DNA from: Candidatus Eiseniibacteriota bacterium
Lineage (GTDB): Bacteria; Joyebacterota; Joyebacteria; Joyebacterales; Joyebacteraceae
Reading direction: 5' to 3'
DNA: 42,364 bases
Assembly: GCA_030639555.1 (NCBI GenBank)
Contig: DAOWCM010000003.1
Location: 1 to 42,364 of the forward strand
Shown here: positions 26,397 to 34,660 of the stretch, in pieces
How the letters are laid out: every line of letters starts with the position of its first letter
Position numbering within the stretch: position 1 is the stretch's first letter
Notes under the pieces: model-generated
Told to the model about the DNA's origin: nothing
Databases searched by the model: none
What the model saw: only the letters and a program-made list of their open reading frames with translations
Program-made: the position numbers and the translations under genes

Positions 26397-28721
26397 CTAC
26401 TGGGAGATGTTGGGTCCTATCGCCGCAGGCAGCTGAAGGTTCGGCATCTGCGGCATTCTTGGCGTACTTCGTCCGTCGACACCTGGGATACCCGGAGCTG
26501 GAGCGCCGCCCATGAAATCAGGCGCCGGGGTCGGTCCCATCGGGGCCCCGGGCGCACCCGGTGCTGGAGCTTGACCGGGTGCGCCTTGCGGAGGCAGTGG
26601 CATGTCGCCTACGTGAGTAGGCGGAAGCGGGATCGGGTAGCCGAGGACCATCAGAACCTTCTGGATCTCGGCGTCTTGGAGGAGGAGAACGTGTTCTGAG
26701 ATGTGAGCGGCGACCACAGAGACCAGCTCGTTGTCGAGCGAGGCCTCGACGGAGTTCAGGATCGCGTGGTGTTCCTTGATGTGCAGGACGTGGTTGTCGT
26801 ACGGGCTGGCGTAGGCTGCTCCGCCCTGGAGGAGGTTCTCGGACTCGTCGCGCACCTTGGCCAGCTGCGCGTTCTCTGCCTCGAGGAGGCTCTCCACCTG
26901 GCCCGTCTGGAGCACGTTCAGGTACTCCTCGGGCACGTTGATCAGGCCGCCCTGGAGGAGCTTGTCGGCCATCTCGACGCGGCCAGCGAAGGTGTTGAGG
27001 ACAGGGTTGACCGACTCGACGATGACGCGGTCGATCTCCGAGAGGTCCTCGGCCTTGAACTTCTTCAGGTGCGTGGCGTTCTGGATCCCGACGACGCTGA
27101 TGACTCTCTCGGTCTGAGCGAAGTCGCGCAGGAGGTGGAGGATCCCGGTCCCGATCCCCTCGAGCAGCTGGTGGTAGGAGTGGATGAGCGGCGTGGCGAA
27201 CTGGACAGCCTTGGCGTCGATCAGAGCAAGCGCAGACCCGCTCTTCAGAGACGCCTCGGGCTGCCCACGAGCAACGCTGTTGATCCCACTCAGCAGCTCC
27301 ATGTCCTGCATCGTGTGGGCAAGGAACTGGAAGACCTCTGGGGGAGTGGCCGTCAAGTTGAGTGGCTGTGGAGGCTGATCCGACTGAACGTGGTTGAGCC
27401 CCCCCTCGAGCTCAGCCTGGGTCACGTTGTCGCCCGTTTGCGTCCAGACGTTCTGGATCGCGAAGCTCTTGTGGTTCGTGGCGATCGCCGAGGCTTCCTG
27501 GTTGAGGATCTCCTGGGGAGCCTGGAGGTCGAAAGCGGGCGTGTAGCCGAAGGGGCTGAGGAGCAGCTCGCCGGGCACCACGCGCCACACGGGGATCTTC
27601 TGGTAGGGGAGGTCGGTGTCGAGCAGCAGCGCGCCGGGGATGTACTTCACCAGGCGGCCGTTGGGGAGGGCGTCCGTCTTCCTGTGGTAGAAGAAGAACA
27701 CCTCGATCATGTCCGACTCCTGGTAGATGTCGTTCTCCAGGAGGAGCGGGCGGTTCGTGTCGTCGTAGCTGTCGGGGAACTTCTGCGCGGCGAGGATCTC
27801 CTCCCGCTTCTCCGGGTGCTGGACGATCAGGTCCCACATATTGACCGGCTTGCGGACGATCGTGTAGGACTGCAGGTCCCAGTCGACCTGGCCCAAGTCG
27901 TAGAAGACATCCCAGGCCGTCGGGTTGGCGAACATGACGTCGCCTTCGTACGTGAGGCTCCCATCCTCCGCGTTGCCGTCGATCTCCTCGCCGATCTGCG
28001 GGTTCCAGGTCAGCTCGACGTAGCCCTGGGCGAAGACGAGCGCATCCTCGACGGCACGCTTGAGGTACTTCTCGCCGTTCTTGTCTCGGAAGTAGGACTC
28101 CACCAGGCTCTTGCCGAGCCGGCTCTGGATAATGCTCCTCGCGTCCGAGTTCTTGGCGCGCACAATGAGCGCGGGTCGGTCACGAGTGACCAGAGTGAGG
28201 AGCTGCTGCAGCAGGTTCCTGAAGTGATTTACTGCATACCCAACGAGTTCGCCCTGCTCCCCGAGAGCGGAGACTCCAATCGAATCGATCTGGTCATCGA
28301 AGTAGAGATTATGGCTGTACTGCCAATTCTTGATCAGCCACCGCCAGTAGGCACTGGAGCGCTGATAGTTTCGGAACTCCTCGACCTTTGTCTCCAGCTT
28401 GGAGACGAGCATGTCCGGGTCCATCTCCCTGGCCCAATAGTCCTGGGCAGGGTCGTCCTCGTAGGAGAGCCGGCGATTGTCTTCGCCGTCGAATGAGACC
28501 TCGTCCGCCTCGGGATCCTGGAGCTGCGTGCCGTCCTCGTTGTAGAGGTCGAAGTCGAAGTCCGAGATGTCGACGTCGCCGTCGTCGAACCGCGAGGACT
28601 CGAGTGTCGGGCGCTCGATGTCCAGCTCGTCCACGTCGAAATCGAGATCGAACTCGAGATCGTCGGACTCACCGCCAAATCCAGCACCTTGTAGGTCGCC
28701 CTCTTCGTACTCTCTGGCCAT
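26397..28721 (-). CDS. Portal protein (P22-like)
   Basis: Follows TerL; VNHFR..LTRDRP, DALVFAQGYVELTW, DLQAPQEILN, MELLSGINSVARG...SGSAL, YDNHVLHIKEH; Pro-rich tail. Confidence 0.85.
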   Translation of the reverse strand: MAREYEEGDLQGAGFGGESDDLEFDLDFDVDELDIERPTLESSRFDDGDVDISDFDFDLYNEDGTQLQDPEADEVSFDGEDNRRLSYEDDPAQDYWAREMDPDMLVSKLETKVEEFRNYQRSSAYWRWLIKNWQYSHNLYFDDQIDSIGVSALGEQGELVGYAVNHFRNLLQQLLTLVTRDRPALIVRAKNSDARSIIQSRLGKSLVESYFRDKNGEKYLKRAVEDALVFAQGYVELTWNPQIGEEIDGNAEDGSLTYEGDVMFANPTAWDVFYDLGQVDWDLQSYTIVRKPVNMWDLIVQHPEKREEILAAQKFPDSYDDTNRPLLLENDIYQESDMIEVFFFYHRKTDALPNGRLVKYIPGALLLDTDLPYQKIPVWRVVPGELLLSPFGYTPAFDLQAPQEILNQEASAIATNHKSFAIQNVWTQTGDNVTQAELEGGLNHVQSDQPPQPLNLTATPPEVFQFLAHTMQDMELLSGINSVARGQPEASLKSGSALALIDAKAVQFATPLIHSYHQLLEGIGTGILHLLRDFAQTERVISVVGIQNATHLKKFKAEDLSEIDRVIVESVNPVLNTFAGRVEMADKLLQGGLINVPEEYLNVLQTGQVESLLEAENAQLAKVRDESENLLQGGAAYASPYDNHVLHIKEHHAILNSVEASLDNELVSVVAAHISEHVLLLQDAEIQKVLMVLGYPIPLPPTHVGDMPLPPQGAPGQAPAPGAPGAPMGPTPAPDFMGGAPAPGIPGVDGRSTPRMPQMPNLQLPAAIGPNISQ

Positions 28722-28805
28722 GCTCCTCCGCGTTGCCGCGGAATAAAGAGCCAGGAAAAGAGGACTCGCGGGTTAAGGGGTCATCGTAGTAGTTCTAGGG
28801 CGAGT

Positions 28806-30341
28806 CTACCGAGGACGCTTGTACCTGCCAAACAGTTTCGTGATGGTGCCTTCGGTGCGCCCGCCAATTTTCCTTGGCACTTGCTCGTATCCGTAGCTCT
28901 TGTCGCGCTGCAGTCGAGCGGTGCGCGGGATCGGATTGTCGCGCCACTTCACCCCCTTGTGGAGGTACGTGTTCGACTTGATCAGGTCGAGGTGGCCCAT
29001 GCCGTCGGTGCGCTCAAAGTCCGTGCGCTTGCGGTTGTAAACGCCGTAGAGGTGCTGGCGAACCATCTGCGGGCAAGCGTGCGCGTCGATCAGCACCTTG
29101 CCCTCCATGAGGTGACCACGGTAGGCCGCCAGGGAAGCCTCGGCCTTTGACTTGTCGGCCGGCATGAACGGGCAGCCGTACTCCCGGCGCAGCGTCTCGA
29201 TGATGGTCAGCTGCGCGTCAGCACGCCAGATACCGTCGCTGCGGTTGCGCTCGTCGAACAGCTCCTCGTACTTCTCGTGGATCAGATCGGCGGCCTGGGG
29301 GGTGGTGAGGTACGGCTGGAAGATCTCCCCGACGAAGCAGAGCTTCTGGTTCATGAAGTCGAGGAAGCCGAAGGAGCAGCCGAGGTGGTCCTTCCAGCCC
29401 GTGTCGAGTCCGACGTAGGGCCGGTAGTAGTCCGGGTACGGGATCGACTCGTTGGTGAAGACGTAGTCCTTACACTCGTGGATCTCCGGGATCACCATGC
29501 GCGACGGGTCTCCCTTGAGCTCACACTCGATCTCACGCTGGTATGACAGGCTCCCCTTGCCTCCAACCTGCTTACAGACGAGCTGCTCGTCGTCGAGCGA
29601 CCAGTCCGGGTTCTTCGACGCGGGGATCACCATCGCCGTGCGGGAGCGGATCGCGTCCTCGTAGTACCGGCTGATGAAAGGGTGCTCCATGCTCTCGGGC
29701 GGCGTCGAGGCCATGATCACGATCGGATTCGGACGGCCGACGAACTGCGCGGCGAGCACGTTCGTCATGCAGTATTCCAGCACCGAGATGTCGCGGGCCT
29801 CGTCCAGGGCGGCGAGATCACAGGCCGGTCCGCGGAGCAGGTCTCCCGCCTTGTAGTCGAGCCCGACCAGGGTGATGCGGCTCTCGAGGTGCGGCGGCCA
29901 GTCGGGCTGTCGGAAGTAGATCCGGATGTCCTTCTTGCGGAAGAGGACGTTGCGCGGCATCTCCGAGAGGATCAGGCCGAGCATCGGCTCGATGATCTCC
30001 TGGACCTGGGAGCGCGTGGCGCAGGCGTACTTAATCTGCGCGCCGGGCTGGCTTATCGCTTTCTCGATACACAGGAGCAGGAGTAGGAAGCTCTTGCCAA
30101 GTCGACGGTGGCACAGCCAGATCAGGGGACGCAGCTCCCGCTTTCCCTTGAGCGACATCCGCTGCATCTCGCGGTGGGCCTGCTCGTACATCCATCGCTG
30201 GCCGTGCGGCCGGGTCATGTGCTTCAGGCTTCCCTTGGCCCACATCGCCCGCTTGTTCGCGTCCCGGAACCGAATCAGGCTCGCCGTGTCCTCGAGCCCC
30301 ATCTCCTTGAGGGTTTTCAGAATGGCCCGGGATGATCCCAT
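28806..30341 (-). CDS. terL: Terminase large subunit
   Basis: Walker A CHRRLGKS, Walker B AALDEA, motif III ASTP, RNase-H-like GLDTG and HLD. The likely start is ATG 30341 after GGAGG. Confidence 0.9.
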   Translation of the reverse strand: MGSSRAILKTLKEMGLEDTASLIRFRDANKRAMWAKGSLKHMTRPHGQRWMYEQAHREMQRMSLKGKRELRPLIWLCHRRLGKSFLLLLLCIEKAISQPGAQIKYACATRSQVQEIIEPMLGLILSEMPRNVLFRKKDIRIYFRQPDWPPHLESRITLVGLDYKAGDLLRGPACDLAALDEARDISVLEYCMTNVLAAQFVGRPNPIVIMASTPPESMEHPFISRYYEDAIRSRTAMVIPASKNPDWSLDDEQLVCKQVGGKGSLSYQREIECELKGDPSRMVIPEIHECKDYVFTNESIPYPDYYRPYVGLDTGWKDHLGCSFGFLDFMNQKLCFVGEIFQPYLTTPQAADLIHEKYEELFDERNRSDGIWRADAQLTIIETLRREYGCPFMPADKSKAEASLAAYRGHLMEGKVLIDAHACPQMVRQHLYGVYNRKRTDFERTDGMGHLDLIKSNTYLHKGVKWRDNPIPRTARLQRDKSYGYEQVPRKIGGRTEGTITKLFGRYKRPR

Positions 30342-30651
30342 CAGGCAGTGCCTCCATTTCAATCACCTCGCCGGCGAGTTCTCTGCGGAGCAGCTCCTCC
30401 TCGGCCACCTTGTGGAACAGCATACCGTCGGCGACGGTGAGGTTGATCAGGGCCTCGGCCTCGGCGTCTGAGTGCGCGGCCTCGGCGAGTGTCTTGTGAA
30501 TGCTGAGGATCGTCTGGACCTCTGCCTCGTCGAGGTAGCCCGTCGTGTGAAGACGGGTCTCGAGCTTCTCGGCGAGGTCCTGGATCACCGAGCCGCTGAC
30601 GTCCCTTGGCTTGCGTCGCCTGGCTGTGCGTTCACCCTTGCGCGTTGCCAT
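30031..30651 (-). CDS. Putative terminase small subunit (positional); C-terminal part overlaps TerL
   Basis: Helical ORF immediately upstream of terL, with no specific motif recognised. Confidence 0.4.
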   Translation of the reverse strand: MATRKGERTARRRKPRDVSGSVIQDLAEKLETRLHTTGYLDEAEVQTILSIHKTLAEAAHSDAEAEALINLTVADGMLFHKVAEEELLRRELAGEVIEMEALPDGIIPGHSENPQGDGARGHGEPDSVPGREQAGDVGQGKPEAHDPAARPAMDVRAGPPRDAADVAQGKAGAASPDLAVPPSTWQELPTPAPVYRESDKPARRAD

Positions 30652-30973
30652 CGAAGCCACCTGGGCCGAACTGCTGCGGCTGTGGAGGTCTCCTCTGGCG
30701 GCGAGTCGAGGCCTGTATCGCCTCCGACGACTGCTTGGCGTTGATCCAGGCCTCGATCTTCGCGAAGCGGTCAGACCAGGCCTCGAGGAGATCCGTGTCG
30801 CTCATGAGGTTCTGGTTGTTCTGGACCTGGATCAGGGCGACGAAGAGGCGGCACTCGTGATCGCTAAACGGTTTGTCTCCACGCTCGAGGCGCCTGGTCA
30901 TGCCGGCGAGAGCCGACTCGACCACGCCCTGGGCGTCGAACGTCTTCACCGGTGTCTTCTTCTTCGTCGGCAT
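30632..30973 (-). CDS. Hypothetical protein
   Basis: TGATG-coupled ORF in the minus-strand operon. Confidence 0.55.
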   Translation of the reverse strand: MPTKKKTPVKTFDAQGVVESALAGMTRRLERGDKPFSDHECRLFVALIQVQNNQNLMSDTDLLEAWSDRFAKIEAWINAKQSSEAIQASTRRQRRPPQPQQFGPGGFDGNAQG

Positions 30974-31206
30974 CAGTTCTGCTTTCCTTGCTGGTAGCGC
31001 GCCAGGTTGACGTGAAAGGCACAGGCCTTGGCGTGCCGCTCGATCTCCAGCATCGCCGCCGGCCGGTCGAGCAGGGGCGTCTCGTGGTAGAGCCGCGTCA
31101 TCTCGTCCAGAGCTTCCTTGTCGTTCATCGAATACTTGTTCAGAAGCTTCAGATCTCGATGGACTTCCTTCTCACGAGCACGACGCATTTTCCGCTCGGG
31201 GTTCAT
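30973..31206 (-). CDS. Hypothetical protein
   Basis: ATGA/TGATG coupling on both sides. Confidence 0.55.
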   Translation of the reverse strand: MNPERKMRRAREKEVHRDLKLLNKYSMNDKEALDEMTRLYHETPLLDRPAAMLEIERHAKACAFHVNLARYQQGKQN

Positions 31207-31598
31207 GGCGCGAACGCTTCGACCTCCTCGCCCACTCGCTCGGTCTGGAGGACGCGAGACTTCTTCACCTTCTTCGCCTTCTTGGGGGGCGCCTTGCGGT
31301 CGACGTCCGCGCTCATGTGGAGCGTTCCGAAGGAGTTCTTGTTTCCCCAGACGAAGCCCATCGACACCCAGCGCTCACCGACCGGCATCGGCGCCTCTCC
31401 CTGGGTCACCAGGAAGCGGTAGGTGAGCTGCTTCTTCGACGGGCAGTCGCCTATGATCAGGTGCGGCTTCGTCGAGCGGCCGTTCCAGTCCTTCTGCCAC
31501 ACCCCGATGAACGTCGCCTTCTCGTAGGCCTTGAACTCGAAGGTGCCCTTGTCCGGGACTCTGATGCTCCGGATGTAGTTGGTGTGTGCTTCAGTCAT
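31203..31598 (-). CDS. Hypothetical basic protein
   Basis: ATG 31598 after GGAGG; coupled to the next gene. Confidence 0.55.
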   Translation of the reverse strand: MTEAHTNYIRSIRVPDKGTFEFKAYEKATFIGVWQKDWNGRSTKPHLIIGDCPSKKQLTYRFLVTQGEAPMPVGERWVSMGFVWGNKNSFGTLHMSADVDRKAPPKKAKKVKKSRVLQTERVGEEVEAFAP

Positions 31599-31914
31599 TG
31601 ATCTTTGACCAGTCCTCCAGTCCAAACTCGTCCTTGGCGATCTTCTCGACCTCCTTCGCCAGCTCCGTGCCGTCAGCGTCTACGCACTGAGGCCGAGTCC
31701 TCTCGATCAGCTCGTCCCGCTCCCTGAGCAGGCTCCTCGCCTTTGCGGACGCCGGCTCCGTCGGCTCGTCGCCATCGAGCGAGTCGGGCTCGAACAGCTC
31801 GCCGGTGCGCGCCATGATCTGAATGCGCTGCTCAATGCGGACCAGCTTGCCGACGTCGGGGTCCTCGCTGAACCGATGCTCGTACTTTGGGTTAATTGCC
31901 ACCGCGCCCTCCAT
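31591..31914 (-). CDS. Hypothetical acidic protein
   Basis: Fills the operon with high GC3; start uncertain. Confidence 0.5.
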   Translation of the reverse strand: MEGAVAINPKYEHRFSEDPDVGKLVRIEQRIQIMARTGELFEPDSLDGDEPTEPASAKARSLLRERDELIERTRPQCVDADGTELAKEVEKIAKDEFGLEDWSKIND

Positions 31915-32143
31915 TCTCTATCCGGGTGAGGATGCCGCTGATTCTTCCAAGCATCTCTGTGTTCTTCTCGACTACGTCCGAGCACTTATCGGTGGACTCG
32001 GTCGACTTCTTGCTCGTCTCCTTGTGAGCCGTGATCCACCGTTCATTGTTGTTCGTTGTGTGCCGCAGACAGATCACCAGGGTGATGATAACGACGAAGG
32101 CTCCTGGAACCAACACCAGGAGTTTCTCAGCTATGTTTTCCAT
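31892..32143 (-). CDS. Single-TM protein with coiled-coil tail; holin-like candidate
   Basis: Hydrophobic LLVLVPGAFVVIITLVICL, then VVEKNTEMLGRISGILTRIE. Confidence 0.45.
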   Translation of the reverse strand: MENIAEKLLVLVPGAFVVIITLVICLRHTTNNNERWITAHKETSKKSTESTDKCSDVVEKNTEMLGRISGILTRIENGGRGGN

Positions 32144-32555
32144 CAGACTGTTTCTGCCAGGCCTGGAACTTCGTCAACTCTACAATAGAGGGCCAGGACC
32201 CCTCGAAACGCAAGCATCTGTCGTCAATGGAGATGAAGCACTCGGGCTGGCGCCTCGGGAAGAGGAGGAACGAAGGCCGCTTGTCCTCAACCGGCCAGCC
32301 GTGCGTCTTGAACCAGCGGAACATCGAGCGCCGGCTCATCGGATCCGTGTTCCGCTCACCGACGACACAGACGCAGAAGTGGTCGTGAGCGTTTCCGAGG
32401 AAGTTGAACGCCCCATCGATCGGGGCGCCGAGGATCACCGTCGACATCAGGCGCCAGTGCGCGTTGTACTCGTGGATCACCCCGTCGAAGCGGACGCACA
32501 GGATCGGCTTGTTCTGGCCCAGTGCGTCGCGCAGGTCTAGGTCTTCACTTATCAC
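32127..32555 (-). CDS. HAD-fold phosphatase-like protein with degenerate catalytic motifs
   Basis: KPILCVRFDGVIHEY...PIDGA...IDDRCLRFEGSWP...FQAW matches small capless phage HADs, but motif I reads RxD instead of DxD. Confidence 0.7.
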   Translation of the reverse strand: MISEDLDLRDALGQNKPILCVRFDGVIHEYNAHWRLMSTVILGAPIDGAFNFLGNAHDHFCVCVVGERNTDPMSRRSMFRWFKTHGWPVEDKRPSFLLFPRRQPECFISIDDRCLRFEGSWPSIVELTKFQAWQKQSDGKHS

Positions 32556-32838
32556 TCGGGTTCGGTTCCTCGATCTTCTGCGGGGTCACGCCGGCGCGCT
32601 CGAGGAACAGGTCGTAGGAGCAGGCGAGGTCGACTGGATCCGGAAATCCAGCGATGTAGAGATAGCAGGGGACGTCCCCGGTGCCCTCCCGGATCGCCTT
32701 GATCTGCTCCGGGTTGAAACAGAAGCGTTTACCGTCCGTCAGGTACACCTGGCAGGGGTTGACCTTGACGACTGCCGGCTGCGGCATCATCCCCGGAGGG
32801 AGCTGGCCGGGGATCTGAAGGTGCGGGCGTCTCGACAT
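32545..32838 (-). CDS. Small protein with FlbD-like motif
   Basis: LTDGKRFCFNPEQIKAIRE resembles the FlbD-family core; GGAGA RBS. Confidence 0.45.
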   Translation of the reverse strand: MSRRPHLQIPGQLPPGMMPQPAVVKVNPCQVYLTDGKRFCFNPEQIKAIREGTGDVPCYLYIAGFPDPVDLACSYDLFLERAGVTPQKIEEPNPSDK

Positions 32839-33523
32839 GGGTGGTCTCCGGTTGATCGTGGAGCCAGTTAGCTGGCACCCAGTAAAGGTAACTCTTGCCG
32901 TCGTTCTTCAATCCGTACCAGGGAGACTGGTGCCCGTCAACTCCCCAGATCCACCCGGCTATGTTCAGGGTGTGGGGGTGGTGAATGATCTGCACCAGCA
33001 TAAACGGCCAGCGGAGGTCCTTGAGCTCAGGCTGCAGACAGAGGCAATTCGCCCCCCGGCGGGTCCTTACCTGCCACCCATGAACGTCCGAGGTCCTGCC
33101 GTGCGTGCCTGGCTGAGGGCTCCAGTGGACGCCCAGAGCGCGGGCCAGGGCCACCTCTCCGAGGGCTCCGACTCGCTGGTCCTCGCGGCCACCCTTGGAT
33201 CCGTAGACCTCCTTGTAGCCCTTCGCCACAGCTCGGTCCCGGAGGAGATCTGCGCCGCCCAGGGCCTCGTTGACGTCGTCGTCGGTCAGTTCGACAATCC
33301 CTCGAGGCGGGAGGTCGAAGCTCGCGGGAAGCCGCCTCGCTCCGTGGGGCGGGATCTTCGAGGGGAGGTAGAGGCCCACCTCGGCGTTCTGACAGTAGTA
33401 GGGGTCGTTGTGCCGGTAGCTCGGGTTCGTGGAGGTCTTCGTGTGCTTCCAGACGCCGGGGCCGAGCTGCTCGACGCGAGCCCTACGGTAGTCGTCGTAC
33501 TCTCGGTGTTCTACTTGGTCCAC
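32729..33523 (-). CDS. Restriction-endonuclease-fold-like phage protein
   Basis: GALGEVALARALG..W...SDV..WQVRT...IAGWI.G...YWVP pattern (E...D...QxR); GAGGAG RBS. Confidence 0.5.
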   Translation of the reverse strand: MDQVEHREYDDYRRARVEQLGPGVWKHTKTSTNPSYRHNDPYYCQNAEVGLYLPSKIPPHGARRLPASFDLPPRGIVELTDDDVNEALGGADLLRDRAVAKGYKEVYGSKGGREDQRVGALGEVALARALGVHWSPQPGTHGRTSDVHGWQVRTRRGANCLCLQPELKDLRWPFMLVQIIHHPHTLNIAGWIWGVDGHQSPWYGLKNDGKSYLYWVPANWLHDQPETTHVETPAPSDPRPAPSGDDAAAGSRQGQPLPGVPDGR

Positions 33524-33610
33524 ATTCCCAGCCCTGCTCCTCGTCTTCCTGCTTCCACTTCTTCTCCAGGTACTCCAGGACTCGCGGCATCCAACGGACC
33601 AGGCGTCTTA

Positions 33611-34063
33611 TCATTGCCCGCCTACGCGCAACCGCAGGGGGGCAGCGGGTTTTTTTGCGGTGACCTCGATCGGCACGATGTTCGACTCCATGCTGAACGC
33701 GCCGGCGTCACTCTGCACGCGTACGGTCATGAGATACTGGCCCACGAGCGTACCGCTGAAGAGCTGCCGCGCGACGTGCGTGTTCGTGCCCACGACAGGA
33801 GCCATGGTCGTGAGGATCCTGAAGGGCGGAGCAGGAGGGTTCGCGGGAGGATCAGCGCGAAGGACGAACTCCGCGACGATGACGGGAACGTCTTCTCCGT
33901 TGACGTCCTTGCCGCCCCAGTCGTAGTGGATCGGAACGTCGGAGTCCTTGTCGACCTTCTCGTACGCGGTCTGCGCTCTGGCGTACTGCCAGGCGCCGAG
34001 GAGGACCGTGAGCAGAATCGCCAGAACGATCATCACCTCGAGGATCGTGAACTTGCGCTTCAT
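33611..34063 (-). CDS. Exported protein with prepilin-like N-terminus and Ig/FN3-like domain
   Basis: MKRK-FTILEVMIVLAIL resembles the type IV pilin N-terminus (F1, E5); C-terminal TVRVQSDAG..S.ESN...PAAP..LRV; AAGGAG RBS. Confidence 0.6.
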   Translation of the reverse strand: MKRKFTILEVMIVLAILLTVLLGAWQYARAQTAYEKVDKDSDVPIHYDWGGKDVNGEDVPVIVAEFVLRADPPANPPAPPFRILTTMAPVVGTNTHVARQLFSGTLVGQYLMTVRVQSDAGAFSMESNIVPIEVTAKKPAAPLRLRVGGQ

Positions 34064-34067
34064 GGCG

Positions 34068-34358
34068 TTACTCCTTGATCTGTTCGATGGCGATCGTGCC
34101 GCGCACCTTCACATAGAGCCCGGACGCCTTGTCCTTGAAGACCAGGACACTCGAGCCCTCGGGAGACCGGGTGTGGCCCTGGGAGGTCCACTCCCCGACG
34201 ACATTGCCGCCAGAGTAGAGCCGGACCCGGTGGTCCTTGCCACGAGAGGCGCGAGCCGCGTTCTCGGCGTCGGTGCAGCCAGAACAGTAGTAGATCACAC
34301 CGATAATGAGGATCCACGCGAAGATGGCTCGTACGACCCGAGGTCCGTTGGTGCGCAT
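34068..34358 (-). CDS. Putative lipoprotein
   Basis: Hydrophobic stretch ending in a lipobox-like CSG-C, then TDA...VRLYSGG..VGEWTS. Confidence 0.6.
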   Translation of the reverse strand: MRTNGPRVVRAIFAWILIIGVIYYCSGCTDAENAARASRGKDHRVRLYSGGNVVGEWTSQGHTRSPEGSSVLVFKDKASGLYVKVRGTIAIEQIKE

Positions 34359-34386
34359 TCTCTTAACCCATCAGGTTAATGAAAAC

Positions 34387-34503
34387 GGCCTGACGAAATC
34401 GAAGTGACGTGTTTATGGGGCCGAGCTTTCGCCATCCCCTCGCCGGCAGATGGGCCGGCGATAAGAATCGAACTTATGATGTAGTCACGACAGCATTCAG
34501 GCC
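34387..34503 (-). ncRNA. Y-RNA-like unit Y5 (Ro stem + T arm + closed acceptor hairpin + GAAA-tetraloop arm)
   Basis: GGCCUGA-AUGC...UUCG-UCAGGCC terminal stem; GUGAC/GUCAC upper stem; T arm AUAAG-UUCGAUU-CUUAU; acceptor CGCCGGC-CCAUCU-GCCGGCG. Confidence 0.8.
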
Positions 34504-34520
34504 GGGGCGTACTCTATAAA

Positions 34521-34595
34521 GAGCCGACAAGGATTGAAAGTGAGGGTACGAATCTCTTCCAAAAAGGGATGTACTCACTCTCGAGCATTCGGCTC
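34521..34595 (-). ncRNA. Minimal Y-RNA-like unit Y4 (75 nt)
   Basis: GAGCCGA-AUGC...CUUG-UCGGCUC contains the bacterial Y RNA GNCGAANG motif; upper stem GAGAGUGAG/CUCACUUUC. Confidence 0.8.
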
Positions 34596-34605
34596 ATCTC
34601 CGTAA

Positions 34606-34654
34606 GAGCGAAGCTGGGCCCGGACCCAACGCCATTTGACGACGTGCTTCGCTC
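34606..34654 (-). ncRNA. Structured RNA element A (three-way junction, 49 nt)
   Basis: 9-bp stem GAGCGAAGC/GCUUCGCUC enclosing hairpins ACGUCG-UCAAA-UGGCGU and UGGGU-CCGG-GCCCA; G-U pairs favour the minus strand. Confidence 0.5.
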
Positions 34655-34660
34655 AATTCT

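Noticed and set aside
30031-30341. Long out-of-frame gene overlaps (here 311 nt; also 16758-16861, 32729-32838, 35323-35600) as evidence of recoding or an alternative genetic code
   Set aside because: In a high-GC3 genome this overlap phase rarely meets a stop codon, so long run-on tails arise by chance. All three stop codons end genes normally, and I saw no slippery site.
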